A DNA stretch of 64,000 nt from an uncultured Acidobacteriota bacterium (GTDB taxonomy: Bacteria > Acidobacteriota > Thermoanaerobaculia > UBA5066 > Gp7-AA6). This document shows, piece after piece, positions 11,578 through 20,511 of this stretch; position 1 is the first letter of the stretch, and every line of letters starts with the position of its first letter. Position numbers and translations under genes: made by a program. A model generated the notes under the pieces. It was not told the origin of the DNA, did not search any database, and saw only the letters and a program-made list of their open reading frames with translations. The stretch covers positions 520,160 to 584,159 of the forward strand of contig CAWJKC010000003.1 in assembly GCA_963843325.1 (NCBI GenBank), written 5' to 3'.

Positions 11578-14016
11578 TCAGAAAGTAAAAAGCGCCTGGC
11601 CGACGAATCGGCGCGGCGGGATGACGTGGGTGCCGCCGAAGACCGACAGGATGTTGTAGACACCCTTCGTGTCGAACGCGTTCAGGATCATGAACTGCAG
11701 CTGCACGGGCACACCGACCTTCGCCAGGTCGTAGCCCACCTGGAAATCGGCGACGGTGCGCGGCTTGACCCGGTTGGGATCGAGCTCGGTTCCGCTGTTG
11801 ACGTCGACGTACGGCGCGGCGAACGCGTTGTCCGGGTCCTGCAGGAGCTCGGCCGGATCGGCGTCGGTCACGAGGCCGGAGTCGTAGCGGACGTTGCCGC
11901 CGAACCAGAGGCCCGTCTTCGCGACGTCGTAGTAGAGGCCCACCTGGAACTGAAGCTTCTGGTCGTGATCGATGAGAAACGGAGCGCCGGTGATCGCGTC
12001 GACGGATCCCTGATCGAGAAAGAGTCCGCCCGCCGGCGGCGGGTCGTAGATCGCGTGCACGTGGCCGACCGAGACGTACCCCCGGAAGCCCGCCGTCGGC
12101 GCGAGGTCGAGGCGCAGATCCCAGCCCTGGTAGTGGCCGCCCGCGAACGAGATCGGAAAGACGATGCCGGTCGTCAGGAACTGGTCCTGGTCGCCGGCGT
12201 TCTTCGAGTCGCGCCACCAGAAGTCGAAGTCGAGGCGGACCTTCGATCCGAGCGCCTGCTGCAGCCCGACGGTGTAGGCGTTCTGGCGCTCCGACTGGAC
12301 CCGCAGCACACCGCCGCCGAGCGGCCGCGAGTCCTGCACCGCGGGCGGCACGATCGCCGCCGCCGCGGCCGAGGAGGAGAGCAGGATGTTCTCGAACTCC
12401 GGGGTGTAGAGAATCCGGTTGTACGTCGCCCGCAGCACGGACCCGGTCGAGGGCAGGTAGTACGCCAGGCCGATCCGCGGCGAGAACAGCACGTTGGTCG
12501 TGGGCAGGTTGTTGTTCTCGTACCGGACTCCGACGTTCGCCGTGAAGTTGTTCCAGCGAATCTGGTCCTGCACGTACGCAGCGTAGTACTTGTCGGTGCT
12601 GCTGTCGGCGAACTCGAAGTGCGTTCCGCCCCGCGTCAGGTCGTAGGGAGCGATGTTCGGGTTGTAGTCGGGCGAGGATGGGTCGTTGAACGTGGGATCG
12701 GTGATCCCGAAGCGGAAGAGCTCGCGGATCGGGTACGCCTTGAAGACACCGCCCGCCTTGATCTCGTGGATCCCCGTCGTCCAGGTGAAGGAGGGCGTGA
12801 TCCCGAAGTTGTCGAGCGACCGGCTCGAGTCCGCCGTGATCGGCGTGTCGCCGGCCGACGGGTAGAGCGTGAACCGGGCCAGCCGCGCGTACGCGGTGAC
12901 GTCGAGGACGGTCGAGGCCGACAGGATGTCCTGCCAGCCGAGGTTGTAGTTCTGGTCGTACGTCTGGACGCGGTCGGCCTGGCCGGCGTCCTCCTGCGAG
13001 TAGCGGTTGGGAACGTCGCGATCCGTCCGGCCGAGCAGCGCCGACAGGCGGAACGCGCTGCCGAATCCCGGCGACGCGGCGTCGAGACGGACGAAGGCCC
13101 GCTGCGTCTCGCCGTCGTTGTGAAGGTTGTCCGGGTTGGGGGCGTCGGTGAAGTGGTTGGATCCCGCGGCGTTGACGGAGGCAAAGACGCCGAACGCCTG
13201 GTTGCCACCGCCCATGGAGAAGCCCGCCTGGTACGTGTCGAACGTCGCGAAGCTGCCGATCACGTTGCCCTTGAACGGGGCTCCGAGACCGGACTTGGTG
13301 GTCATGTTGATGACGGCGCCGACCTTCTCGCCGAACTCGGCCGGGACGTTGCCGTAGATCACCTCGAGCGACTGCGCGATGCCGGGATCGATCGAGTTCG
13401 AGAAGGTCACGCCCGTCTGGTCGGCGATCGTCTGCCCGTCCACGACGAACTCGCTCTGGCTGTGCGCGCCCTGGAAGTGGTAGCGGCCGTTCTCGTCGAG
13501 CGCGAAGCCGGGCGTCGAGGTCACGATCTCCTCCATCGCGCGCATGGGCACCGCCGCCGGAGCCCGCTGGATGAAGGACTTGTCGATGTCGATGTGCGAG
13601 GTCGTGTTGTCGGTCTCGAGCTGCGCCGCCGTCGGCTCGGCCATCACGCTGACCGACTCCGCCACGGCCGGCAGATCGAGCTTGATCTCGACGTCGCGGG
13701 GAATCGAGGTACGGACGTCCAGGGTCTTGTGGACCGGCGCGAATCCCTGGACCTCGACGTGCAGCTCGTAGGGGTTGAAGGGCACGTTGAAGAAATGGAA
13801 GCTGCCGTCGCGCCCCGTCGTGGCGTCGGCTTTGAATCCGGAGATGTCGTTGCGCAGCTGAACGAGGACCGCGGCGAGCGGCGTGCCGTCGGGCCCGAGG
13901 ATCCTGCCCTGCACGACGCCCGAGGCGCCGACCGCCAGCGCCACCGGGGAGGGACCCAGCGACAGCCACAGGGCGGCCGCGCACGACACGAAAAATCGAA
14001 ATGGCGTTTTCGCCAT
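11578..14016 (-). CDS. TonB-dependent receptor with N-terminal CarboxypepD_reg-like domain
   Basis: Uninterrupted 812-aa ORF. Signal peptide, then VVQGRILGPDGTPLAAVLVQL...GSFHFFNVPFNPYELHVEVQGF (carboxypeptidase-regulatory-like). Plug region (IEVIYGNVPAEFGEKVGAVINMTTKSG), long beta-barrel and C-terminal ...ALFTF. RBS gaggag upstream. Confidence 0.9.
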   Translation of the reverse strand: MAKTPFRFFVSCAAALWLSLGPSPVALAVGASGVVQGRILGPDGTPLAAVLVQLRNDISGFKADATTGRDGSFHFFNVPFNPYELHVEVQGFAPVHKTLDVRTSIPRDVEIKLDLPAVAESVSVMAEPTAAQLETDNTTSHIDIDKSFIQRAPAAVPMRAMEEIVTSTPGFALDENGRYHFQGAHSQSEFVVDGQTIADQTGVTFSNSIDPGIAQSLEVIYGNVPAEFGEKVGAVINMTTKSGLGAPFKGNVIGSFATFDTYQAGFSMGGGNQAFGVFASVNAAGSNHFTDAPNPDNLHNDGETQRAFVRLDAASPGFGSAFRLSALLGRTDRDVPNRYSQEDAGQADRVQTYDQNYNLGWQDILSASTVLDVTAYARLARFTLYPSAGDTPITADSSRSLDNFGITPSFTWTTGIHEIKAGGVFKAYPIRELFRFGITDPTFNDPSSPDYNPNIAPYDLTRGGTHFEFADSSTDKYYAAYVQDQIRWNNFTANVGVRYENNNLPTTNVLFSPRIGLAYYLPSTGSVLRATYNRILYTPEFENILLSSSAAAAAIVPPAVQDSRPLGGGVLRVQSERQNAYTVGLQQALGSKVRLDFDFWWRDSKNAGDQDQFLTTGIVFPISFAGGHYQGWDLRLDLAPTAGFRGYVSVGHVHAIYDPPPAGGLFLDQGSVDAITGAPFLIDHDQKLQFQVGLYYDVAKTGLWFGGNVRYDSGLVTDADPAELLQDPDNAFAAPYVDVNSGTELDPNRVKPRTVADFQVGYDLAKVGVPVQLQFMILNAFDTKGVYNILSVFGGTHVIPPRRFVGQALFTF

Positions 14017-14118
14017 GGTGGACTCTCCTCACGACTTCGAGGTCGCCGGCGCGCATGGCGCAGGCCGCGCTCCGCAAGGAGGCGCGCCTCGGGGTTGATC
14101 GAGTTGTCGAGGTTCGGG

Positions 14119-14496
14119 CTAGAGGAGAGCGGGAGGAGCGCGGCTGCCACCGGAGCGGCGGACCGCGGAGCCCGGCGCGACCGTGACGATCGCGACGGCG
14201 AACTGGAGGATCGTGGGTTGGGTCCCCGCGTACGCGCCGGAGGCAAGGCCCGGCAACCGGTGGCCGTGGCACGCGAGACAGGGATCTTCCTTGACGGAGA
14301 CACCGGCGTGCCAGTGCGCGGCCTTCGAGAGCGGGCTGTGGCTGGAGGCAACGCGCTCGGTCGCCGCTCCCGGCGCCGCGCCCTGGAACGCGCCGAAGAG
14401 GTCGTCGTGGTGATGCAGCCCGCCGGCGGCCGCGAGGACCGCGAGCAGAAGGACCGCGCCGGCGAAGCGGCGACGCAGGACCGAGGACCGCGACAT
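14119..14496 (-). CDS. small secreted Cys/His-rich protein (paralog of 21673..22053), function unknown
   Basis: ATG 14496 within ORF 14119..14535: MSRSSVLRRRFAGAVLLLAVLAAAGGLHHHDD...EDPCLACHGH...SGGSRAPPALL. It shares the HHH, CLAC and SRxPPAL positions with the paralog, and lies co-oriented directly upstream of the TonB receptor. Confidence 0.6.
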   Translation of the reverse strand: MSRSSVLRRRFAGAVLLLAVLAAAGGLHHHDDLFGAFQGAAPGAATERVASSHSPLSKAAHWHAGVSVKEDPCLACHGHRLPGLASGAYAGTQPTILQFAVAIVTVAPGSAVRRSGGSRAPPALL

Positions 14497-14541
14497 GGAG
14501 GTCACAGGGTACGGGAGCGGCGGCGGCGAGGTCAAACGGGG

Positions 14542-14647
14542 CCCCTCACCCTGTCCCTCTCCCGCCGGGAGAGGGAACCCTTTTGCGAGCGCGCATCTCC
14601 ATGAGATCTCCCTCTCCCCCGCGGGGGGAGAGGGTTGGGGTGAGGGG
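14542..14647. repeat. REP-like element, family 1: two inverted copies of a ~35-nt hairpin unit
   Basis: Left unit is cccctcaccc-tgt-ccctctccc-gcc-gggagaggg (hairpin 14555-14575). Right unit is ccctctccccc-gcg-gggggagaggg-tt-ggggtgagggg (hairpin 14610-14634). The outer arms 14542-14551 and 14638-14647 are complementary. A third unit lies at 60018-60050. Confidence 0.75.
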
Positions 14648-14655
14648 GGCGCCCG

Positions 14656-16643
14656 CTACTCGATCTTCTTGATCGCCGCTTCCGCCGCCCAGCGGATGCG
14701 CGGGTGCTCGGCGAGCTTCTTCAGGATCGGCAGTCCCGGCGTCGCCGCGGGCTTGCCGATCGCGCCGAGCGCGCCGGCGCACGCGCGCAGCACGTGGATC
14801 TGCTCGCCCTTGACGGAGCACGCGGCGATCGAGCGCGGGAACGGCGGGCGCGGCGCCCTTGCCGATCGCGGCGATGGCGTTGGCCGACATGAGGCGCACG
14901 TTCGGATCGCTGTCCTTCAACGCCGCCGTCAGCTCCGGCAGCGCCGGCTGCGCGCCCGCGCCGAGCTTGACGAGCGCCATGGCCGCGAGGCCGCGCGTCA
15001 CCGGGTTCGGGTCCGACAGCGCCTTGCCGAGCTCGGCGGCCGACCCCGTCGGCGTGCGCGGCTCCTTCAGGTTGGCGGCGGCCGCCCAGGCGGCGGCGCC
15101 CGTCTTCGCGAGGACGATGTTGTCGACGCCGAGGTTGTAGCCGGTGGAGGCGGCGTTCTTGCCGAGGCACACGTAGGTCAGCGTGTGGCGGCCCTTCGTC
15201 AGCCGCGGCCAGCCCACCTGGTACGCCGGCGCCGACGTACGTCTCGTACGCGTAGCCGTCGAACTCCATCTGCGGGCGCACGTCCGCGCCCGGGCTCGTG
15301 CTCGAGCTGCGGGGCCACCGGCGGCTTGCCGTCGAGCAGCACCGTGTAGATGCCGTAGTCGGACGCCTGCGCGAGCTCGCGTGTAGAGCTCGTAGTCGCC
15401 GTCGTCCGGCACGTCGAAGGGGATCTCGAGCTTCGAGTCCTTGCCCTTCGGCCTCGAAGAGGATGACGTCCTTGGACCAGAAGAGGTCCGGCACCATCGA
15501 CATCTTGCCCTTCACGGCCTTCACGCCGGCCATGTCGGACTCGACCTCGATCTGCGTCGCGTTGCCCTGGGGCAGGCGCGCGGAGCCGTAGGGCACGGGC
15601 GGCTGGTCCTCGGCGATCCCCTCCTGGTACCAGAAGGCGACCGAGGACATCAGGTCCACGCGCTCGCCGAATCCCGACTTGACCGAGCCGTCGGTGTTGA
15701 AGGTCCAGCCCTTGTGCTCGATCTCGAACTTGAGGGACTTCGTGAACGGAATCGGATCGACGAGGTGCCAGCGGTACGCCGTCATGCGCGAGCCGAGCCC
15801 CGTGCCGTCGGCCACCGTGACTCCGTAGTACGGCCCGTCGTCGACGTGCAGGCCCCACGCGTCGTTGAAGTAGTCCTCGCTGCCGGTTCCCTCGATGGAG
15901 GGGTACTTCTCGCCGTCCACGTAGAAGAGGTCGTCGCCCTCGCCGAACCAGCCGGCCTCGGCCTGCACGACCGAGAGGACCGTTCCGACGTAGTGGCCCT
16001 TGCCCTTCACGTTGAGGAACTGGTAGTTGCTTCCGTCGGCCGGCGCGGGAAGCGACTGCCGGTAGCGCGCGTGGAAGTAGGGCGTGTTCGCCGGCAGCGA
16101 CGGGACCTTCTCCCAGTCGACGTGGAAGTAGAGGTTCGCCACCCGGCGGCGGCCCTCGTTGGTGATCGTGACGCGGCAGGACTTGCGGAACGGCATCGGC
16201 CAGTAGCTGTTGCGCGCGCGCCCCGCGGAGCTGTCGCGCACCATGAGCGACTTCACGGACCGCTCGAACCCGTGCCCGACCGCGAAGAAGTCGCCGACGG
16301 GCGCATCCACGCTCGGCGTCGCGCTGCCGTCGTAGTAGATGCGCAGGCGCAGCAACCGCGGCCAGCCGTACTCGTTGTCCGCGATCGTCACCCACATGTG
16401 CGTGAGCACGCCCGGCCCCTCGAGGTCCGCGAGGACCGTGGTCTCGCCCGGGATCGGCCGCTTGCTGTCGTCGTTGGAGTTCCAGTCCGGGTTGTTCGAG
16501 CCCGATCGATGGGCCAGGAAGTCCTTGGGCTCGAGCAGGTGGTAGGGATCCGGAAGGCCCGACGGGGGCTGCTGGGCGCGCACGGGGAGGACGGCCGCCA
16601 GCAACGCGAGTGTCGCCACGGCGCGGACGAGGCTCTTCTTCAT
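14656..16643 (-). CDS. secreted DUF2961 (GH172-family) protein with C-terminal HEAT-like repeats (5 frame breaks in the 3' third)
   Basis: MKKSLVRAVATLALLAAVLPVRAQ signal. DUF2961-type body (HMWVTIADNEYGWPRLLRLRIYYDG, YWPMPF, IEGTGSEDYFNDAWG), intact from 16643 down to about 15460. The protein then continues through ORFs 15199..16395 and 14546..15412 (PDDGDYELYT, ELAQASDYGIYTVLLDG, RLTKGRHTLTYVCLGKN). HEAT-like segments DPNPVTRGLAAMALVKLG and DSDPNVRLMSANAIAAIG; it ends ...AAEAAIKKIE at TAG 14656-14658. Confidence 0.7.
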
Positions 16644-16681
16644 TGTGTCCCCTTCTTTCGTGGGCGGTACTCTAACGTTCC

Positions 16682-17371
16682 GTGCCCGTCCGCGCCAAGA
16701 ATCTCCCGAAGATCGTCGCCGAGCTCGAAAAGCTCTACGGATTCCCGTCGCCGCCGGACGTCACCGGCCCGTTCGCGATGATTCTGCGCGAAAACGTCGC
16801 CTACCTGGCCAACGACGCGAAGCGCGCCGCGGCCTGGGAAGCCCTCCGACGCCGCGTGGGCACGACCCCGAAGGCGATTCTCGCCGCCCCGCGACCGGAG
16901 CTCACGGCGATCGCCCGGGCCGGGATCCTCGCCGCCGACCGCGTCGAAAAGATCCGGGAGTGCGCGCGGATCGCGGTCGAGGAATTTGACGGCGACCTCG
17001 ACCGCGCGCTCGATCGCGCGCCCGCGAAGGCCGCAAAGGCGCTCCAGCGGTTCCCGTCGATCGGCGGGCCCGGCGCCGAGAAGATCCTGCTCTTCTCGCG
17101 CCGCGAGAAGGTCCTCGCGCTCGACTCGAACGGGCTGCGGGTCCTGCTGCGCATCGGCTACGGTCGAGAGGAAAAGAACTACGCCGCTTCGTACCGGTCC
17201 GTGCGGGAGGCAACCCGCCCGCAGTGGAAGGACGACTTCGACTGGCTGATCGCCGCGCACCGGCTGCTGCGGCGCCACGGCCAGTCCGTCTGCAAGTCGG
17301 CCGATCCCCGCTGCGAGGCCTGCCCGCTCCGGAAGCACTGTGCGCACGGGTCGAGAAGAGCCGGGGCATAA
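16682..17371 (+). CDS. endonuclease III-like HhH-GPD base-excision repair protein with [4Fe-4S] motif
   Basis: Intact 229-aa ORF with a helix-hairpin-helix (FPSIGGPGAEKILLF) and a C-terminal CKSADPRCEACPLRKHC (C-x6-C-x2-C-x5-C). Confidence 0.8.
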   Translation: MPVRAKNLPKIVAELEKLYGFPSPPDVTGPFAMILRENVAYLANDAKRAAAWEALRRRVGTTPKAILAAPRPELTAIARAGILAADRVEKIRECARIAVEEFDGDLDRALDRAPAKAAKALQRFPSIGGPGAEKILLFSRREKVLALDSNGLRVLLRIGYGREEKNYAASYRSVREATRPQWKDDFDWLIAAHRLLRRHGQSVCKSADPRCEACPLRKHCAHGSRRAGA

Positions 17372-17378
17372 TGCCGCG

Positions 17379-18261
17379 ATGAAAACGACGGCCACCCTGG
17401 CGTGGGGCGCGCTCACGCTCTTCGCCGCGGCGATCGCGGGCGCGCAGGCGGCGGCTCCCGCGGACCCGGTCCTGATCGGCGCCGGGGACATCGCCGACTG
17501 CGCGGCGCTCGGCCAGGCGGTCAAAACCGCAGAACCTGATCGAGCGCGTCGAGGGCACGGTCTTCACGCTCGGCGACAATGCCTACGAAAGCGGAACGCC
17601 CCGGCAGTACGCCGACTGTTACGGACCCACCTGGGGCCGCTTCAAGGCGCGCACCCGACCGGTGGTCGGCAACCACGAATACCTGACCGCGTGCGCCACC
17701 GGCTATTTCGGCTATTTCGGGGAGGCCGCGGACGACCCCACGCGCGGCTATTACAGCTACGACCTCGGCCCCTGGCACATCGTGGTCATCAACAGCAACT
17801 GCGGGGAGATCGACGGCTGCCAGACCGGATCGCCCCAGGAACGATGGCTGCGCAACGACCTCGCGACGCACCCGTCCGCCTGCACGGCGGCCATGTGGCA
17901 CCATCCGCGGTACTCCTCGGGCGAGCACGGCGACGACCCGACCATGAAAGACATCTGGCAGGCGCTCTACGACGCGAATGCCGAACTGGTGCTCTCGGGC
18001 CACGACCACGATTACCAGCGCTTCGCCCCCCAGGACGCGAACGGCAACGCGGACCCGGCGCGCGGCATCCGCCAGTTCGTCGCCGGCACCGGCGGACGCG
18101 AGCTGTACAAGTGGGAGCACAAGGACGTCAACAGCGAGGTGAAGAACAACGAGACGTTCGGCGTCCTGAAGCTCACGCTCCACGACGGCGGCTACGACTG
18201 GGAGTTCGTCCCGGTCGAAGGGCAGACATTCACCGACCGGGGCAGCGCGAAGTGCCACTGA
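17379..18261 (+). CDS. secreted metallophosphoesterase (calcineurin-like), one frame break
   Basis: ATG 17379: MKTTATLAWGALTLFAAAIAGAQA...IGAGDIADC. The break is near 17525, and the protein continues as NLIERVEGTVFTLGDNAYESG...VVGNHEY...LSGHDHDYQRF in the frame of ORF 17662..18261. Confidence 0.8.
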
Positions 18262-18284
18262 ACCGCAAATAACGAGGAGATGCC

Positions 18285-18539
18285 ATGGCGAAGGATCCGC
18301 ACATCGACCAGATTCGCGACGTCAAGCCGAGCTCGAAGGGCTGCGAGGACTGCCTCAAGATGGGCGGACGCTGGCTGCACCTGCGCCTGTGCCTGACCTG
18401 CGGCCACGTCGGCTGCTGCGATTCGTCGCCGAACAAGCACGCCAGCGCGCACTTCCGCGCGGTCAAGCACCCGATCGTCCAGTCCTTCGAGCCGGGCGAG
18501 GACTGGCGGTGGTGCTACGTGGACGAGGCCGAGGTCTAG
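18285..18539 (+). CDS. UBP-type zinc-finger protein
   Basis: Intact 84-aa ORF: CEDCL...LHLRLCLTCGHVGCCDSSPNKHASAHF...HP, with the Cys/His spacing typical of zf-UBP. Confidence 0.85.
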   Translation: MAKDPHIDQIRDVKPSSKGCEDCLKMGGRWLHLRLCLTCGHVGCCDSSPNKHASAHFRAVKHPIVQSFEPGEDWRWCYVDEAEV

Positions 18540-18546
18540 GCTTCTC

Positions 18547-20511
18547 CTACAGGCGCCAGCTCAGAAACGCGCCCCACTCGGGCTGGGTCCGGTGCTGCGA
18601 GGGCAGGTCCGCGTACGAGGTCTGGCGCCGGTACAGCGAGTAGCTCGCGCCCGCGCCGAATCCGTCCACGATCGGGAGCCGCGCCGCGGCCCGGAAGAAC
18701 TGCAGCGTGTTGGACGTCGACACGCCGTTCGCGGTGTCCGTCCAGGCGACGCCGTAGGAGAGCGTCGCGATTTCGCAGTCCGACTTCAGCAACCGGGCGG
18801 CGATGCTCAGACCGCCTCCCGCGGCGAAGTCGTAGTCGCGGGTGGATTTCTGTTCGAGCCCGTCGACGTTCTTGATGGCCGCCAGCGGGTACACGTTCGC
18901 GAGGAGGGCGCCTTCGGCGACGAAGTCGCGCCCGAGGCGGTAGCGCGAAAGGAAGCCCGCGCTGAAGCTCTCGGTTCCATACGTCTCGACATCGTTGTTG
19001 ACGTACGCATAACCCATGAACAGGCCGAAGATGTAACGCGACGACGCGTTCGCCTCCGACAGGTCCCATCCCTTGAGGATCCCCTGCAACTCGATGCGCG
19101 CCAGCACGGAGTCCGCGGGAGCATTCACTTCGACGCCGAGCGTGAAGGAGTCGTAGGGCTTGCGCATTTCGCCCGCGAAGGGATCCCCGTACCACGCCCG
19201 GAGCGCGAGGCCCCCGCGATCCGGGTCCTCGGCGCCATCCCCGACGTGCAGGTACCCGGCATCGAGATCCAGATGAAAGCGCGACGGCACGGCCTCTGCG
19301 CGGGGCAGCTGGGCGTCTTCGCCGTGCAGGGCCCGATTGAGCGCGCCGACCGGGCTCAGGACGATCGCTCCGAGGCGCTCGCCGAGCGGCGGCCCGGCTC
19401 CCGCATCGCCGCCCGCCCACAGCATCGACGACAGCCGGTAGGTGACTTCGCCGATGGCCATGCCGCCGAGCGTCGTGTTGACGAGGTCGTTGATGGCCGG
19501 CGGCTCCGACTCGGCGCAGCACTCCCAGAGAAAGCTGCCGAGCAGGGTCACGGCGCCGGACTCCCAGAAGCCGTAGCCGTTCGAGCGCGCGGAGCTGTAG
19601 TAAAAGTTCCCGTGAATCGGATGGTTGAACACGTTCGTCGAGATCGAATCGCGGTCGTACGTGAAGCCGGTCCGAAAACCGGCCTTGATCGAATCCGCCG
19701 TGACGTACGCGTAATCCGCCTCGCTGATGTAGCGATTGACGGCCCAGGGCAGGAGCTCGAAGAGAAAGAGCTCGGCGGCGGCGGTCCCCGGATACCGGTG
19801 CGCGCTTTCCCCGCCGTCGACGTCCCCGATCGGGTCCGAAGGAAAGGGACGCACGTCCCCGAACCGGTACGTGAACCCGGCCGTGGCCTCGGCGCTCGAA
19901 AAGAGATTCGTCAGGAAGGGCTCGCATCCGGCCGACGCCTCGCACACGATGGTGCCGAGCCGTTGGCCCGTTTCGGTCCACCGATACCGGCCCTCGAGAA
20001 CCACCGCGAGGCGCTCGTTCAGGAAGTACTCGCCGCCGAGGACGATGTTCGCCGTGAAGCGCGTGTTCCCTCCCGTCGTCGCGCCGGTCTGCAGCGATGG
20101 AAGGGTCATCATCCCCGCACCCAGGCCCGCGAAGCCCCGCAGCCGGCCCCGCCCGAAGCCGTAGATCCAGTCGAGCTCGTACGTGCGCACGTGGCCGGGC
20201 ACGTCGGGCCCGAGCCGGGCGCCGGTCAGCGGGTTCTGCGTCAGGACGCGCACGTCCGCAGTCGAAAAAGAGGCCTGCAGACGAAAGTGCGGGGACGTCT
20301 CGAAGGCGCCGCGCAATCCGAAGGTGGCGCCCGAGCTGATCAGGGTCGCCTCCGACGGCGTGAGCGAAATGCGGCTCCCGAAAAAGCCGCCCCCGAAAGC
20401 GCCCAGCTCCCAGTGCGGCGCGTCCTGCGCCCGCGCCGGTCCGGCGAGGACGGCTGCGATCGAGGCCGCGAACAGCGCGCGCCCGATCGCCCTCTTGCGC
20501 CGCGTCCTCAT
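18547..20511 (-). CDS. outer-membrane protein: N-terminal OMP beta-barrel-like domain fused to a DUF3943-like domain
   Basis: ATG 20511 (MRTRRKRAIGRALFAASIAAVLAGPARAQ) within ORF 18547..21618; 654 aa uninterrupted. The first ~190 aa are barrel-like (ends GFTYRF). Then NHPIHGNFYYSSARSNGYGFWESGAVTLLGSFLWECCAESEPPAINDLVNTTLGGMAIGEVTYR (DUF3943-like). The start overlaps the upstream stop (ATGA 20508-20511). Confidence 0.75.
   Translation of the reverse strand: MRTRRKRAIGRALFAASIAAVLAGPARAQDAPHWELGAFGGGFFGSRISLTPSEATLISSGATFGLRGAFETSPHFRLQASFSTADVRVLTQNPLTGARLGPDVPGHVRTYELDWIYGFGRGRLRGFAGLGAGMMTLPSLQTGATTGGNTRFTANIVLGGEYFLNERLAVVLEGRYRWTETGQRLGTIVCEASAGCEPFLTNLFSSAEATAGFTYRFGDVRPFPSDPIGDVDGGESAHRYPGTAAAELFLFELLPWAVNRYISEADYAYVTADSIKAGFRTGFTYDRDSISTNVFNHPIHGNFYYSSARSNGYGFWESGAVTLLGSFLWECCAESEPPAINDLVNTTLGGMAIGEVTYRLSSMLWAGGDAGAGPPLGERLGAIVLSPVGALNRALHGEDAQLPRAEAVPSRFHLDLDAGYLHVGDGAEDPDRGGLALRAWYGDPFAGEMRKPYDSFTLGVEVNAPADSVLARIELQGILKGWDLSEANASSRYIFGLFMGYAYVNNDVETYGTESFSAGFLSRYRLGRDFVAEGALLANVYPLAAIKNVDGLEQKSTRDYDFAAGGGLSIAARLLKSDCEIATLSYGVAWTDTANGVSTSNTLQFFRAAARLPIVDGFGAGASYSLYRRQTSYADLPSQHRTQPEWGAFLSWRL

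Noticed and set aside
14266-14283. CLACH in the small protein as a c-type haem-binding CxxCH site
   Set aside because: The paralog at 21673..22053 has CLACFH at the same position, so the haem-ligand His is not conserved. A Cys/His metal site or a disulfide seems more likely, though a monohaem cytochrome is not excluded for the 14-kb copy.
10930-14604. ORFs 10930..14604 (+, 1224 aa) and 11300..14272 (-, 990 aa)
   Set aside because: Apart from a short piece that carries one frame-shifted segment of the GloVer protein (about 11270-11313), these are alternative-frame or antisense readings of the TonB receptor gene. The composition is low-complexity Arg/Gly/Asp.
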